The notes: generated by a model not told the origin, from the sequence alone. A stretch of DNA of 64,000 nucleotides from Eubacteriales bacterium (GCA_045580325.1 JAZNNR010000005.1:3504-67503), one strand, 5' to 3'. Positions 1 to 9,696 are shown, counted from the stretch's first letter. Made by a program: numbers and translations.

Positions 1-2243
1 ATCGTCGCAAAGCGCTTCTCGTTATGGCAACCGGATCGGGCAAGACAAGAACTGTAATTGCGCTCTGCAAGGTATTGCTTGATCACGGCTGGGTGAAGAA
101 TATTCTGTTCCTTGCCGATCGTAATTCGCTCGTTACACAGGCAAAGCGTGCCTTTGTGAATATGCTTCCCGACCTCTCTGTAACCAATCTTTGCGAGGAC
201 AAAGAAAACTTTGATTCCCGTTGTGTTTTCTCGACTTATCAGACTATGATGAATTGTATTGATACCGTCAAGGACGAAAACGAGAAAAAACTCTTTACAG
301 TCGGACATTTTGATCTCGTTATAGTGGACGAGGCGCACCGTTCGATCTATAACAAGTACAAGGATATTTTCAATTATTTTGATGCACCTTTGGTTGGACT
401 TACCGCAACGCCGAAGGATGAGATCGATAAGAACACCTATGAGATTTTCGAACTTGAAAACGGCGTTCCTACCTATGGTTATGAGCTTGGACAAGCAGTT
501 ACCGATGGATATCTCGTTGACTTTATGTCAGTCGAGAGTAAACTGAAATTTATTGAGCAGGGGATCGTATATGATGACCTTTCAGAGGAAGATAAAGAGG
601 CATATGAAGATACGTTTGAGGATGAAAACGGCGAACTCCCCGAAAGCATTGCTTCTTCTGCTATTAATGAGTGGGTGTTTAACGAGGACACCATTCGTCA
701 AGTGCTTCATATTTTGATGCAAGACGGTTTGCGCATTGATTATGGCGAAAAACTTGGAAAGACTATCATCTTTGCCAAGAATCACGAGCACGCCGAAAAG
801 ATTCACGAGATATTTGGAAAAGAATATCCCAATCTTCCCGGATACACAAAGGTTATTGACAACTATATGACTTATGCACAGAGTGCGATCGATGAGTTTT
901 CCGATCCAAAGAAATTACCTCAAATTGCGATCTCAGTCGATATGCTTGATACGGGTATTGACGTGCCCGAGGTGCTGAACCTTGTCTTCTTCAAGAAGGT
1001 TATGAGTAAGGCAAAGTTCTGGCAGATGATCGGTCGTGGTACCCGTCGTTGCGATGGACTTATGGACGGTAAGGATAAAGATAAGTTTTTCATCTTCGAC
1101 TTCTGCGGAAACTTTGAGTTCTTCCGCATGAATAACGGCAGACCTACAGCAAATCAGATTGCTTTGCAGGGAGCGATTTTTAAGCTCAAAGCACAGATTG
1201 CTTTTAAGCTTCAAGATCTTGCATATCAGACAACCGAGCTGATCGCATTTAGAAAGACTTTGGTTGATGATATGGTGCGTAAAGTGCGTGAACTCAATAA
1301 GGAGAATTTTGCTGTTCGTCAGCATTTGCGCTACGTAGAACAGTATGCGAATCCCGATAACTATAACTCACTCAGCTACGAGGATACGCTACTCATGGCA
1401 GAAGAACTTGCTCCATTGATTACACCCGACGAAGATGAAGCATCGGCTGTTCGTTTTGATGCTTTAATGTATGGTATTGAGCTTGCATATCTTGCAGGCA
1501 AGAAGTATTCGCGTGCCCGTACCGATCTATATAAAAAAGTCAGCGGAATTGCGCGAGTGGCAAATATTCCCGAGATTATGGTTCAGTCAGAACTGATTAA
1601 CAAGATTCTTCATACCGATTATTTGGATAATGCGGGTATCAATGAATTTGAATATATCCGTGAAAATCTTCGCGATTTGATGAAGTATATTATAGGCAAA
1701 CAAGTAGTCCCCTATATCACTAATTTTAATGATGAGATTCTCTCTGTTGAATGGAACGAATCGGATCTTGAAAGCGATGATCTAAAGAACTATAAAGCAA
1801 AAGCAGAGTTTTATATCCGTCAGCATCAGGACGAGGCGGCAATCGCAAAGTTAAAGAGCAACGTTCCTTTGAGTGCGGAAGATGTTAAGGCGCTTGAGCG
1901 TATTCTGTGGAGTGAGGTTGGTAGTAAAAAGGACTATGAAGCAGAATACGGTGAAAAGCCTCTTGGCGAGTTTGTTCGTGAGATCGTCGGACTTGATATG
2001 ACCGCAGCTAAGGCGGCGTTTGCGGAATATTTAAACGATGTTAATCTTGATGCAGATCAAATTTATTTTGTGAACCAAATCATTGAGTATATCGTACATA
2101 ACGGCGTAATGAAAGATATGTCAGTGCTTCAAGAGCCTCCATTTACTGATAGAGGAAGTATTGTTGAGGTGTTCACCGATATTTCGATTTGGTTGGGTAT
2201 TAGAAACGTAATTGAAAAGATTAACGCAAATGCGGCAGCATAG
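1..2243 (+). CDS. hsdR: Type I restriction endonuclease R subunit (HsdR), N-terminus outside the window
   Basis: Frame is open from base 3 (..RRKALLVMATGSGKT). SF2 helicase motifs are present: ATGSGKT (I), VIVDEAHRS (II), LTATP (III), QMIGRGTR (VI). The C-terminal part (LSAEDVKALERILWSE...FVNQIIEYIVHNG) resembles the EcoEI-R C-terminal domain. Confidence 0.85.
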   Translation, partial: RRKALLVMATGSGKTRTVIALCKVLLDHGWVKNILFLADRNSLVTQAKRAFVNMLPDLSVTNLCEDKENFDSRCVFSTYQTMMNCIDTVKDENEKKLFTVGHFDLVIVDEAHRSIYNKYKDIFNYFDAPLVGLTATPKDEIDKNTYEIFELENGVPTYGYELGQAVTDGYLVDFMSVESKLKFIEQGIVYDDLSEEDKEAYEDTFEDENGELPESIASSAINEWVFNEDTIRQVLHILMQDGLRIDYGEKLGKTIIFAKNHEHAEKIHEIFGKEYPNLPGYTKVIDNYMTYAQSAIDEFSDPKKLPQIAISVDMLDTGIDVPEVLNLVFFKKVMSKAKFWQMIGRGTRRCDGLMDGKDKDKFFIFDFCGNFEFFRMNNGRPTANQIALQGAIFKLKAQIAFKLQDLAYQTTELIAFRKTLVDDMVRKVRELNKENFAVRQHLRYVEQYANPDNYNSLSYEDTLLMAEELAPLITPDEDEASAVRFDALMYGIELAYLAGKKYSRARTDLYKKVSGIARVANIPEIMVQSELINKILHTDYLDNAGINEFEYIRENLRDLMKYIIGKQVVPYITNFNDEILSVEWNESDLESDDLKNYKAKAEFYIRQHQDEAAIAKLKSNVPLSAEDVKALERILWSEVGSKKDYEAEYGEKPLGEFVREIVGLDMTAAKAAFAEYLNDVNLDADQIYFVNQIIEYIVHNGVMKDMSVLQEPPFTDRGSIVEVFTDISIWLGIRNVIEKINANAAA

Positions 2244-2314
2244 TTTCTATTCTCTCTGGACTTCCGCGCCTTTCTGTGATATTGTGTGTGCTACCAAAGA
2301 AGGAGGTAGTACAT

Positions 2315-2587
2315 ATGGTACGGACAAAACAAGTAAATAACGAAAACAGAGCGGTTCTGAATCGGGATTTCCCGAGGCGGGACCGCTTTCTCATTATGGT
2401 GCCGGAGGAGCTGAAGAGGCTTTATCCCAACGCCAAGCTGGAGCACATCAAAATAGCTTTGGAGAGATTCGGCGATTATGAGTGCGGAGAGGGTGAGAGC
2501 AAGATCGAGCTGTTCGGCAAGGTGCTGGCGGCGGTGATCATTGATGAAACCATCGGAAAGAGAGGTGGCGCGCATGAACATCATTGA
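2315..2587 (+). CDS. hypothetical protein (GC-rich element backbone)
   Basis: AAGGAGG lies 7 nt upstream of ATG 2315. 90 aa. No domain recognised. Confidence 0.5.
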   Translation: MVRTKQVNNENRAVLNRDFPRRDRFLIMVPEELKRLYPNAKLEHIKIALERFGDYECGEGESKIELFGKVLAAVIIDETIGKRGGAHEHH

Positions 2588-2846
2588 AGAATTATGGTAT
2601 GGCAACATCTCGCCGTGCGAGCGGGACTTCAAGAAAGGCAGTACATACTCGGAGCTGCTTGGGTACATCGTTAGGCACGAGGAAGACCTGCAAAAGCGGA
2701 TGAACGACGAGGAAAAGGAAATCTTCGAGAAGTTTACCGAATGCACCAACGAAATGTACGGCATCGCGGAGCGGGAGGCGTTCGCAAGAGGCTTCACGCT
2801 TGGCGCCAGGATCATCATCGAAATAATGAATACGGAAATCGAATAA
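2574..2846 (+). CDS. small conserved hypothetical protein of the kind seen in Clostridia phage/ICE regions
   Basis: ATG 2574 follows GAGAGGTGG and overlaps the upstream stop by 14 nt. The N-terminal MNIIEELWYGNISPCE motif is one I recall from small mobile-element proteins; the family name is not certain. Confidence 0.5.
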   Translation: MNIIEELWYGNISPCERDFKKGSTYSELLGYIVRHEEDLQKRMNDEEKEIFEKFTECTNEMYGIAEREAFARGFTLGARIIIEIMNTEIE

Positions 2847-2864
2847 GAGAAAGGGATTACATAT

Positions 2865-3095
2865 ATGAAGAAGTTAATCACCAGTATTATCGCACTGATT
2901 ATGACATTCTTCACAGCATCGAATCAGAGTGCAGATCGACCGCACGTGACCGCCGTAAAATCGCCACATACGGCGATAACGGTGCAGGTGGAGCAAGTAC
3001 CCGAAAAAAGCGAAACACGCGCAGAAACGGCAATTACAGGCAAAGCAACTGAGGTTGAAAGCGCGATAGAAACGAAGGAAAACACGCCTAAATGA
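2865..3095 (+). CDS. small secreted protein (signal-peptide-like N-terminus)
   Basis: MKKLITSIIALIMTFFTASNQSA is a hydrophobic leader. 76 aa. Followed by a hairpin terminator. Confidence 0.4.
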   Translation: MKKLITSIIALIMTFFTASNQSADRPHVTAVKSPHTAITVQVEQVPEKSETRAETAITGKATEVESAIETKENTPK

Positions 3096-3132
3096 TAAAT
3101 GTTTTTAGCCTCAATATTATGTAACTTATTTT

Positions 3133-3177
3133 ATGAACCGATAGGGACAAGCGTGCTCTTATCGGTTCATTTCTATT
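3133..3177 (+). terminator. intrinsic terminator after the small ORF cluster
   Basis: ATGAACCGATA (3133-3143) pairs with TATCGGTTCAT (3160-3170) and is followed by TTCTATT. Confidence 0.45.
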
Positions 3178-3276
3178 GTAATACTTTTTTAAAAAAGGTA
3201 AAATGCAATCCATATTGTTACCCAATAAAACATTTTACACAATTTTAATGTAAAATACTTTTATTTAAGGAGGTAA

Positions 3277-3894
<618 letters not shown>

Positions 3895-3902
3895 CGTTAC
3901 AA

Positions 3903-3928
3903 CTATCATAAGCTACACCTTTTGATAG
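3903..3928. repeat. left hix-like recombination site (12-2-12): CTATCATAAGCT-AC-ACCTTTTGATAG
   Basis: Read directly. It is an inverted copy of 4050-4075 (23/26). Each site is itself an imperfect palindrome. It starts 8 nt after the recombinase stop. Confidence 0.75.
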
Positions 3929-3945
3929 GCACAACTATTTAAATT

Positions 3946-3974
3946 AGTATATCATAAATATGTAGAAAATTCAA
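3946..3974 (-). promoter_or_regulatory. sigmaA-type promoter inside the invertible segment, currently pointing toward the recombinase gene (OFF for the operon)
   Basis: The minus strand reads TTGAAT (3974-3969), a 17-nt spacer, then TGaTATACT (-10 at 3951-3946). Confidence 0.55.
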
Positions 3975-4049
3975 GTCATTTAGCGATTCAATTTGACAAA
4001 ATTTCGAAAAAAGTTACAGATTTTTCATCCAACGACTTAAACGAGACCA

Positions 4050-4075
4050 TTATCAAAAGGTGTACCTTATGATAA
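4050..4075. repeat. right hix-like recombination site: TTATCAAAAGGT-GT-ACCTTATGATAA
   Basis: Reverse complement of the left site, with the core dinucleotide inverted (GT versus AC). The half-site TTATCAAAA matches the Hin hix half-site TTATCAAAAACC as I recall it. Confidence 0.75.
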
Positions 4076-4134
4076 TGCTCTCACACCAAATGTTGGCCAA
4101 GGAATGATGGATTTGATAAAGGAGAAAATCGAAA

Positions 4135-6819
4135 ATGTCTGCAAGCTACATATCTAATGAAAAACTAACAACAGGAGAATTCATTGCCCTTTCTTCTTTT
4201 GAAATTACTTCAATCCCGCATGTTAAAATTGTCGATAATGGTAAATTGAGTACCTCTGAGGTTTTAGAAAAGTATAAAGCCGAATTTGGAAATTTACTAA
4301 AAGAGATATATCAAGTGTACAGAACCATAAGTGTTTCTGCAGGATATTCAAAGGATATCTCAGTTGAAATTTTTTGGAAAACAACGGAAGTGAAAAATCA
4401 GCCGTTTAAAGCAAACATACGGTTATTTATAATCGTTCGTGCAATTGATAGCGACAAAAGTTCCGTAAATAAGACTGTAGAGTCTATGGTTCGGCTATGT
4501 CAAGCATCATTGACTCTACAAAAATACGAATACAAAACATTGTTGTATGAAGAGCTTTCTCAAATCGTTAAAAGTGTTGACGATACAAACATTCGCGCAA
4601 TTGTCAAAGAAGAAAAGGTTGAAAACTTGCAAAATCAACTGTTACCGCAGTGTTACTCGTTCGACAGAATTACTCCTTCAAACAGTGATTTAAGCCGAAT
4701 AGTTAATGCTTTGATTGAATATCCCGATTGCGCTATTTCAATTCAATTAATTCCCAATATTTATGACAATAGTGAGATTATTGAGATTGATAAAACCACT
4801 CAAATGCTTGAAACACTTAATAAAGGAGTGTCGGACCATAACATGGGCAACGTAAGTTTCGCACTCGCAGGCAAGCACGCAGCTAATTATAGATATTACT
4901 CTGAAAATAAAACAAACGAGTTGTTTTTCTTTAACATACTCGTGCTTGGCAATAGCGAAGCTGTTTCGAATATTTCCAGCCGCATATATGGGCAATTATC
5001 ATCCGGAACGGGGGCATCCACAAATCTCAAAATGGTTTCTCTTACACAGACGGAGGTGTCGAAGGATAACAATTTTTATCCATTACCTTGGGCTGTAAAC
5101 GAAATCTTGATTGGAAAAAACAGAAACAATCAGATTTGGAATTCGGGACAATTCTCCAATGCATTATACAGATTGCCATACATTATCACTGTAGAGGAGG
5201 CGGCAGAGTTTTTTGCTTTGCCTGTTGGCAGTGATCGAATTTCTGCCGGTTTGAATGTAAATGAATCCGGGAAAGACAGCAAAACATATTCATCAAATAT
5301 AATCAATGCCGGAGATATAACCGTAGGTAAACTACGTTCTTCTGCCAAGGGAGATACTATTGGTTTTTCTCTGAAAGATTTAGCAAAACATATGCTCGTT
5401 GTCGGCACTCCCGGTTCGGGCAAAACAACTTTTTCTGTTAGTCTCTTGGATAGATTATGGAAGGATCATAAAATTCCTTTCTTGGTTATCGAGCCGGCTA
5501 AGAATGAGTATCGTGCGCTTGTGCAAAGCATTCCTGAACTTCAAGTTTTTACGCCCGGCAAAAACCATATTTCTCCGTTCGTATTCAACCCTTTTGTGCC
5601 GCCAAAGAATGTTAAGCTAGAAACATATAAATCCACTTTGAAAACTGCATTTGCAGCAGCCGTTTCAATGTCTACGCCTCTTGACAAAATTTTTGAGGAA
5701 TCTATTAATAACTGCTATTCTGATTTTAGGTGGCTTGACACATATACTGTTGACGACAAAGGAAAGACTTTCAATATTTCTGACTTTATCAAGTGTTTCC
5801 AACAAACATTTGATGAAATCGGATATACGGGTGATGCCAAGAATATTGGCCGAGCAGGTGTAGTAAGACTAAATAGCCTTGTGAATCTGTTTGACAATTA
5901 TTTTTCAATTCCTATCGAAGATATTTTGCAGAAACCAACGATTATCGAACTGGCAGCTATTGAAAACAGTGATCAAAAAGCATTGATAATTGCACTGCTT
6001 TTGCTTTCAATTCTTGCATATGTTAATTCCAATTATGTTGGTGAAGGTGGCTTGAAAAACGTAATATTGCTAGAAGAGGCGCATGTACTTTTAGATGCAG
6101 ATACCAATGCAGGACAAGGAGATGCCAATCCTAGTGCTATTGCCCAACGACTTGTTAAAAGAATGTTAGCAGAAATACGTTCCTATGGAGTTGGATTAAT
6201 TATTGCCGATCAATCACCTAGAAAAGTTTCCACGGACGTAGTTGCTCTAACTGATATGAAGATGGTCTTCCGTCTAGTAGAGAGCGCGGACAAACAGATT
6301 ATTGGCGATAGTACGAATATGTCCGAAACTCAGATTCAACGAATGTCAAAATTGAAACCGGGCGAAGCATTTTTGTTCTTTAACAAATTGGAAGAGCCGG
6401 AAGAAGTTATTACTCCGGATTACCGCTTAGAAAATAACATAAGCATCTCGCTTTCCGATGAGGGTATCAAATCCTTGTCAACATATTGGAACGACAAGGC
6501 AGATAAACTTCGGCCATATCCTCAATGCGAGCTTTGTTCGTCTTGCCAACACACGTGCGTTTACTCAAGGAGAGTTCTTGCGCGAGAAATAGCAAGAAGA
6601 ATTTATGTTAAAAACTTCAAACCCGATACTTCAGATTTCGATATTTTGAAAAAAGTCTTTGGGAAGATCAGCAGACTAATTCAAGATGAGTTAAATGACG
6701 AGCCCTTCACTTCCGAACTGCTCTTATGTGTAAAAGTTCATTTATGGAGAAGGATACGCTATGGAACCAAAATCAGTATTACTGATACTCTAATTGAAAA
6801 CTCACTAAAAAAACAATAA
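4135..6819 (+). CDS. HerA/FtsK-superfamily P-loop ATPase (DUF87-like) with an uncharacterised N-terminal region of about 400 aa
   Basis: Walker A GTPGSGKTT (5404-5430), Walker B VILLEEAH (6061-6084), LIIADQSPRKV...MKMVFRL. AAGGAG RBS. C-terminal Cys cluster CELCSSCQHTC. No TM segment. Confidence 0.8.
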   Translation: MSASYISNEKLTTGEFIALSSFEITSIPHVKIVDNGKLSTSEVLEKYKAEFGNLLKEIYQVYRTISVSAGYSKDISVEIFWKTTEVKNQPFKANIRLFIIVRAIDSDKSSVNKTVESMVRLCQASLTLQKYEYKTLLYEELSQIVKSVDDTNIRAIVKEEKVENLQNQLLPQCYSFDRITPSNSDLSRIVNALIEYPDCAISIQLIPNIYDNSEIIEIDKTTQMLETLNKGVSDHNMGNVSFALAGKHAANYRYYSENKTNELFFFNILVLGNSEAVSNISSRIYGQLSSGTGASTNLKMVSLTQTEVSKDNNFYPLPWAVNEILIGKNRNNQIWNSGQFSNALYRLPYIITVEEAAEFFALPVGSDRISAGLNVNESGKDSKTYSSNIINAGDITVGKLRSSAKGDTIGFSLKDLAKHMLVVGTPGSGKTTFSVSLLDRLWKDHKIPFLVIEPAKNEYRALVQSIPELQVFTPGKNHISPFVFNPFVPPKNVKLETYKSTLKTAFAAAVSMSTPLDKIFEESINNCYSDFRWLDTYTVDDKGKTFNISDFIKCFQQTFDEIGYTGDAKNIGRAGVVRLNSLVNLFDNYFSIPIEDILQKPTIIELAAIENSDQKALIIALLLLSILAYVNSNYVGEGGLKNVILLEEAHVLLDADTNAGQGDANPSAIAQRLVKRMLAEIRSYGVGLIIADQSPRKVSTDVVALTDMKMVFRLVESADKQIIGDSTNMSETQIQRMSKLKPGEAFLFFNKLEEPEEVITPDYRLENNISISLSDEGIKSLSTYWNDKADKLRPYPQCELCSSCQHTCVYSRRVLAREIARRIYVKNFKPDTSDFDILKKVFGKISRLIQDELNDEPFTSELLLCVKVHLWRRIRYGTKISITDTLIENSLKKQ

Positions 6820-6849
6820 GTAATGAATGTCTTTAATGGAGGAATAAAA

Positions 6850-8499
6850 ATGGGAGATGAATTTGATACAGACCTTGGGTCAACCGACTTAAGTGATTCT
6901 TCGGACACAAACACCTCTGAAGTTGAGGATACTTCTGACTCTTCGGAAATCGCATCAAGCGAAATACTTGAAGATACTTCAGAACTTTCTGATAATTTTG
7001 CTGAAGATGCAGGATTTGAGTTAACAGAAGACTCATACACATCTGAAACAGATGCTAATTTTGAAAGCACTGATGATTTGATTTCGGAGGACAGTATCGA
7101 CTACGACAATGAAGATGTTGATATGATGGAACAAGACGAAATTGCTGAGGATTCTTTCGGCGAAGAAAGCGATGTTGTTTCAGAGAATCAGAGCGAATAT
7201 GTCCCCGAAGATGTCGAAATGGATGAAAACACGTTTGAGTCTGATCAAGGCGAAGAACTTCAAGAAGATGTTTTAGACGATTCCAATGAAGACGATCCTC
7301 CCAAGGTTTTGAAACGTGATGAATTTGATCTGCTTAAAACCGGAAACGATGCTATCAATGAGAGGTTAGAAGCACAAGCTGATAATTATCGTGATAAGGG
7401 ACTTTCGGAAGAAGAAATTGAGGAACGTTTGGCCGAGGATAAACAATACTATCAAAAAGAATTTTTAGAAGATGCTTTCCCCGGACAAGAAGTTTCTCCT
7501 AATGTTTTCAATGGTTTTTCGGAGGCAGACAAAAAAGACTTGAGCCAAGAAACAAGGAATGACCAATTTGTTGATGATCAAAATGATGTGAATGAAATTC
7601 AACAAGGCGATAGCAATTTTAAAGACTCAGTTTCAGATGGTGTAGGCGATTTTGATGAACATGAGTTAAGCGATAATGATCTTACAGTTGATGACGGTAT
7701 TATGACCGAGGAGGTTAAAGGTGAAGAAACAGAATTTCCCGAAACAGATGAAGTTTCAGTAGCTAATATTGAAAGCGAGATCTCCACAAACATCAATAAT
7801 GACGAAATGACGGACGAGAATTCATATTTTGAAAATGATGATGTTGATGAGGATGAGCAGAACGAAGTTGCTCCTGATGACAATTCTGTTGATAGGAAAT
7901 TGAACTTAGAAGTTGATGACAGTGATTCTCCATCTTCTAAAATGAGTGACGACTCTTTGTTTGAGGATAATAAGGAAACCGATTACATATACACTGAAAC
8001 CGACTATGGTAAACACGCATCAGGTCAATTGGACTTGGAAAAAGGTAAAAGAAGTGCTTATGCTCAACGAACGGTTGGCGGTGAAGATCGACAAGAATAC
8101 GACGATGGAGGTCATTTGATTGGAAGTCGATTCGCCGGATCGGGAAGTTATGAAAACCTAGATGCACAGTCGCGTGATCTTAATCGCGGTGAGTACAAAA
8201 AGATGGAGAACGAATGGGCAAAATCGCTTGAGAATGGCGAAAGAGTCTATGTCGATGTTAACACATATAAGTCTAACGGCTCGGATAGACCAGACTCGTT
8301 TATGGGATATTCAATTGCAGAGGATGGCTCTGGGACACGTTCAATTGATGCGTTTTCTTTTCAAAACGAGAGTGTAGAAACACAAGAAGAATGGGAAGAA
8401 ATAGTTTCTAGTACAGATATGCAAAATGATTTTAGTAATGCAATGAAATATACAAACGAGCAAAAGAAAATAATCGATGAAGAAAAAGATACCGAATAA
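6850..8499 (+). CDS. acidic low-complexity N-terminal region (about 390 aa) fused to a C-terminal DNA/RNA non-specific endonuclease (Endonuclease_NS_2, EsaD/YeeF-type beta-beta-alpha-Me)
   Basis: GGAGG lies before ATG 6850. The D/E/S-rich sequence is followed by DDGGHLIGSRFAGSGSYENLDAQSRDLNRGEYKKMENEW...RPDSFMGY. No signal peptide, LXG or WXG features. Confidence 0.8.
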   Translation: MGDEFDTDLGSTDLSDSSDTNTSEVEDTSDSSEIASSEILEDTSELSDNFAEDAGFELTEDSYTSETDANFESTDDLISEDSIDYDNEDVDMMEQDEIAEDSFGEESDVVSENQSEYVPEDVEMDENTFESDQGEELQEDVLDDSNEDDPPKVLKRDEFDLLKTGNDAINERLEAQADNYRDKGLSEEEIEERLAEDKQYYQKEFLEDAFPGQEVSPNVFNGFSEADKKDLSQETRNDQFVDDQNDVNEIQQGDSNFKDSVSDGVGDFDEHELSDNDLTVDDGIMTEEVKGEETEFPETDEVSVANIESEISTNINNDEMTDENSYFENDDVDEDEQNEVAPDDNSVDRKLNLEVDDSDSPSSKMSDDSLFEDNKETDYIYTETDYGKHASGQLDLEKGKRSAYAQRTVGGEDRQEYDDGGHLIGSRFAGSGSYENLDAQSRDLNRGEYKKMENEWAKSLENGERVYVDVNTYKSNGSDRPDSFMGYSIAEDGSGTRSIDAFSFQNESVETQEEWEEIVSSTDMQNDFSNAMKYTNEQKKIIDEEKDTE

Positions 8500-8514
8500 A
8501 AGGAGAAAATAATT

Positions 8515-9696
8515 ATGGCACTTTTCGAAAAAAACGCAAATGAAGCTGCATATGCGGGTGGCAAAAAGCATTGGGCTGATGTAATAAAAAACACTGGTCC
8601 CGGAGAACTGTTGATTTGGCGGCAGCCTGAAGAAGATTTCAATACTAATTCAACGCTAGTGGTTATGCCAGGAGAAGAAGCTATTTTTATCAAAGGGGGC
8701 ACAATTGAACAGGTTTTTGAAAATGGTACATACCAACTCTCTACTGAAAATTATCCCTTCATAAGCAGATTGCGTAACGCCTTTACCGGTGGCGTCAGTA
8801 CATTCAATTGTGTGGTTTATTTCGTTCGTAAAGCTGACAGCATGGAAATTCTTTGGGGAACCGATTCTCCCATTCAAGTACGTGATAAACATTGGGGGGT
8901 TCGAACTGATGCGAAAGCCAGAGGAGCATACAAAGTCAGAATAACAAATCCGGCAAAATTTTTAGAAAAACTTGTCGGAAACAATGTTCAATATCAAACT
9001 CAAGATGATTTGAACAAGTATTTCCGTAATGAGCTTCAGGGAAAAGTAAAATCGGCTGTATCAAAGTTCCTTAATTCTTTAACTCAAGAACTTATTGGGT
9101 TGGATGCTTATTTGGACGAATTGTCCGAACATGTTGAGCCTTACATAAATGAAGCTTTGGAATATTATGGTCTCAAGTGCGTTAAGTTTTCACTATCGGG
9201 CTTGGATATCGATGTGACAAAATACGATGTTTTGGATGAGTCTCAAATCGGACTGATAACCAAAGACCGTTTTGAAAGAGGAAGAGAATTTGAATATAGA
9301 ACCGAGAAAGCGGGAGTTAATATTCAGGGCGAAGATTGGGGCCGTATTCAAGGCGTTGAAGTTATCCGAGATTTAGCAAACAATCCAGGTGCCGGTGGAG
9401 TTGCAGCCGCAGGCGCAGGAATGGGAATGGGTCTTGGGGCCGCAGGAGTATTCAGCACAGTGGCACAACAAGTTTTTTCACCAGCAAATAACGCATTTGC
9501 ACTTCAACAAAACACACCACCTCAAAGCGGGCCTTCCGGAAGATTTACTCAGCAAAGTGCCGCAAATCCTACAACTCAGCCGATTGCTGAAGATCCAGTT
9601 GAGGTTCTTGGTAAATTAAAGAGACTTTTAGATGCGGGACTTATTGAGCAAGCGGAATACGATGCTAAGAAAGCAGAAATTCTAAGCAGAATGTGA
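8515..9696 (+). CDS. SPFH/band-7 protein of the COG4260 type (B. subtilis YdjI-like) with a Gly/Ala/Gln-rich linker and a C-terminal SHOCT domain
   Basis: LIWRQPEEDFNTNSTLVVMPGEEAIFIKGG...YQLSTENYPFIS...VVYFVRK...WGTDSPIQVRD fits the pattern. The C-terminal VEVLGKLKRLLDAGLIEQAEYDAKKAEIL is SHOCT-like. Confidence 0.8.
   Translation: MALFEKNANEAAYAGGKKHWADVIKNTGPGELLIWRQPEEDFNTNSTLVVMPGEEAIFIKGGTIEQVFENGTYQLSTENYPFISRLRNAFTGGVSTFNCVVYFVRKADSMEILWGTDSPIQVRDKHWGVRTDAKARGAYKVRITNPAKFLEKLVGNNVQYQTQDDLNKYFRNELQGKVKSAVSKFLNSLTQELIGLDAYLDELSEHVEPYINEALEYYGLKCVKFSLSGLDIDVTKYDVLDESQIGLITKDRFERGREFEYRTEKAGVNIQGEDWGRIQGVEVIRDLANNPGAGGVAAAGAGMGMGLGAAGVFSTVAQQVFSPANNAFALQQNTPPQSGPSGRFTQQSAANPTTQPIAEDPVEVLGKLKRLLDAGLIEQAEYDAKKAEILSRM

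Noticed and set aside
2291-2914. 207-aa minus-strand ORF across the small-gene cluster
   Set aside because: It is opposite three plus-strand ORFs with good RBSs, in a GC-rich region prone to antisense frames. I could not fully exclude it.
3993-4021. Plus-strand TTGACA inside the invertible segment as the operon promoter in the present orientation
   Set aside because: The best -10 candidates at 16-18 nt (TACAGA, ACAGAT) lack the conserved final T or A2 pattern. It may give basal expression but is much weaker than the opposite-strand promoter.
4135-8499. A type VII secretion reading (FtsK-like ATPase plus EsaD-type nuclease toxin)
   Set aside because: The ATPase has a single P-loop domain and no TM or FHA regions, unlike EssC. 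There are no WXG100, LXG, EsaE or EssA/B-like genes and no DUF600-type immunity gene. The nuclease has no trafficking domain.
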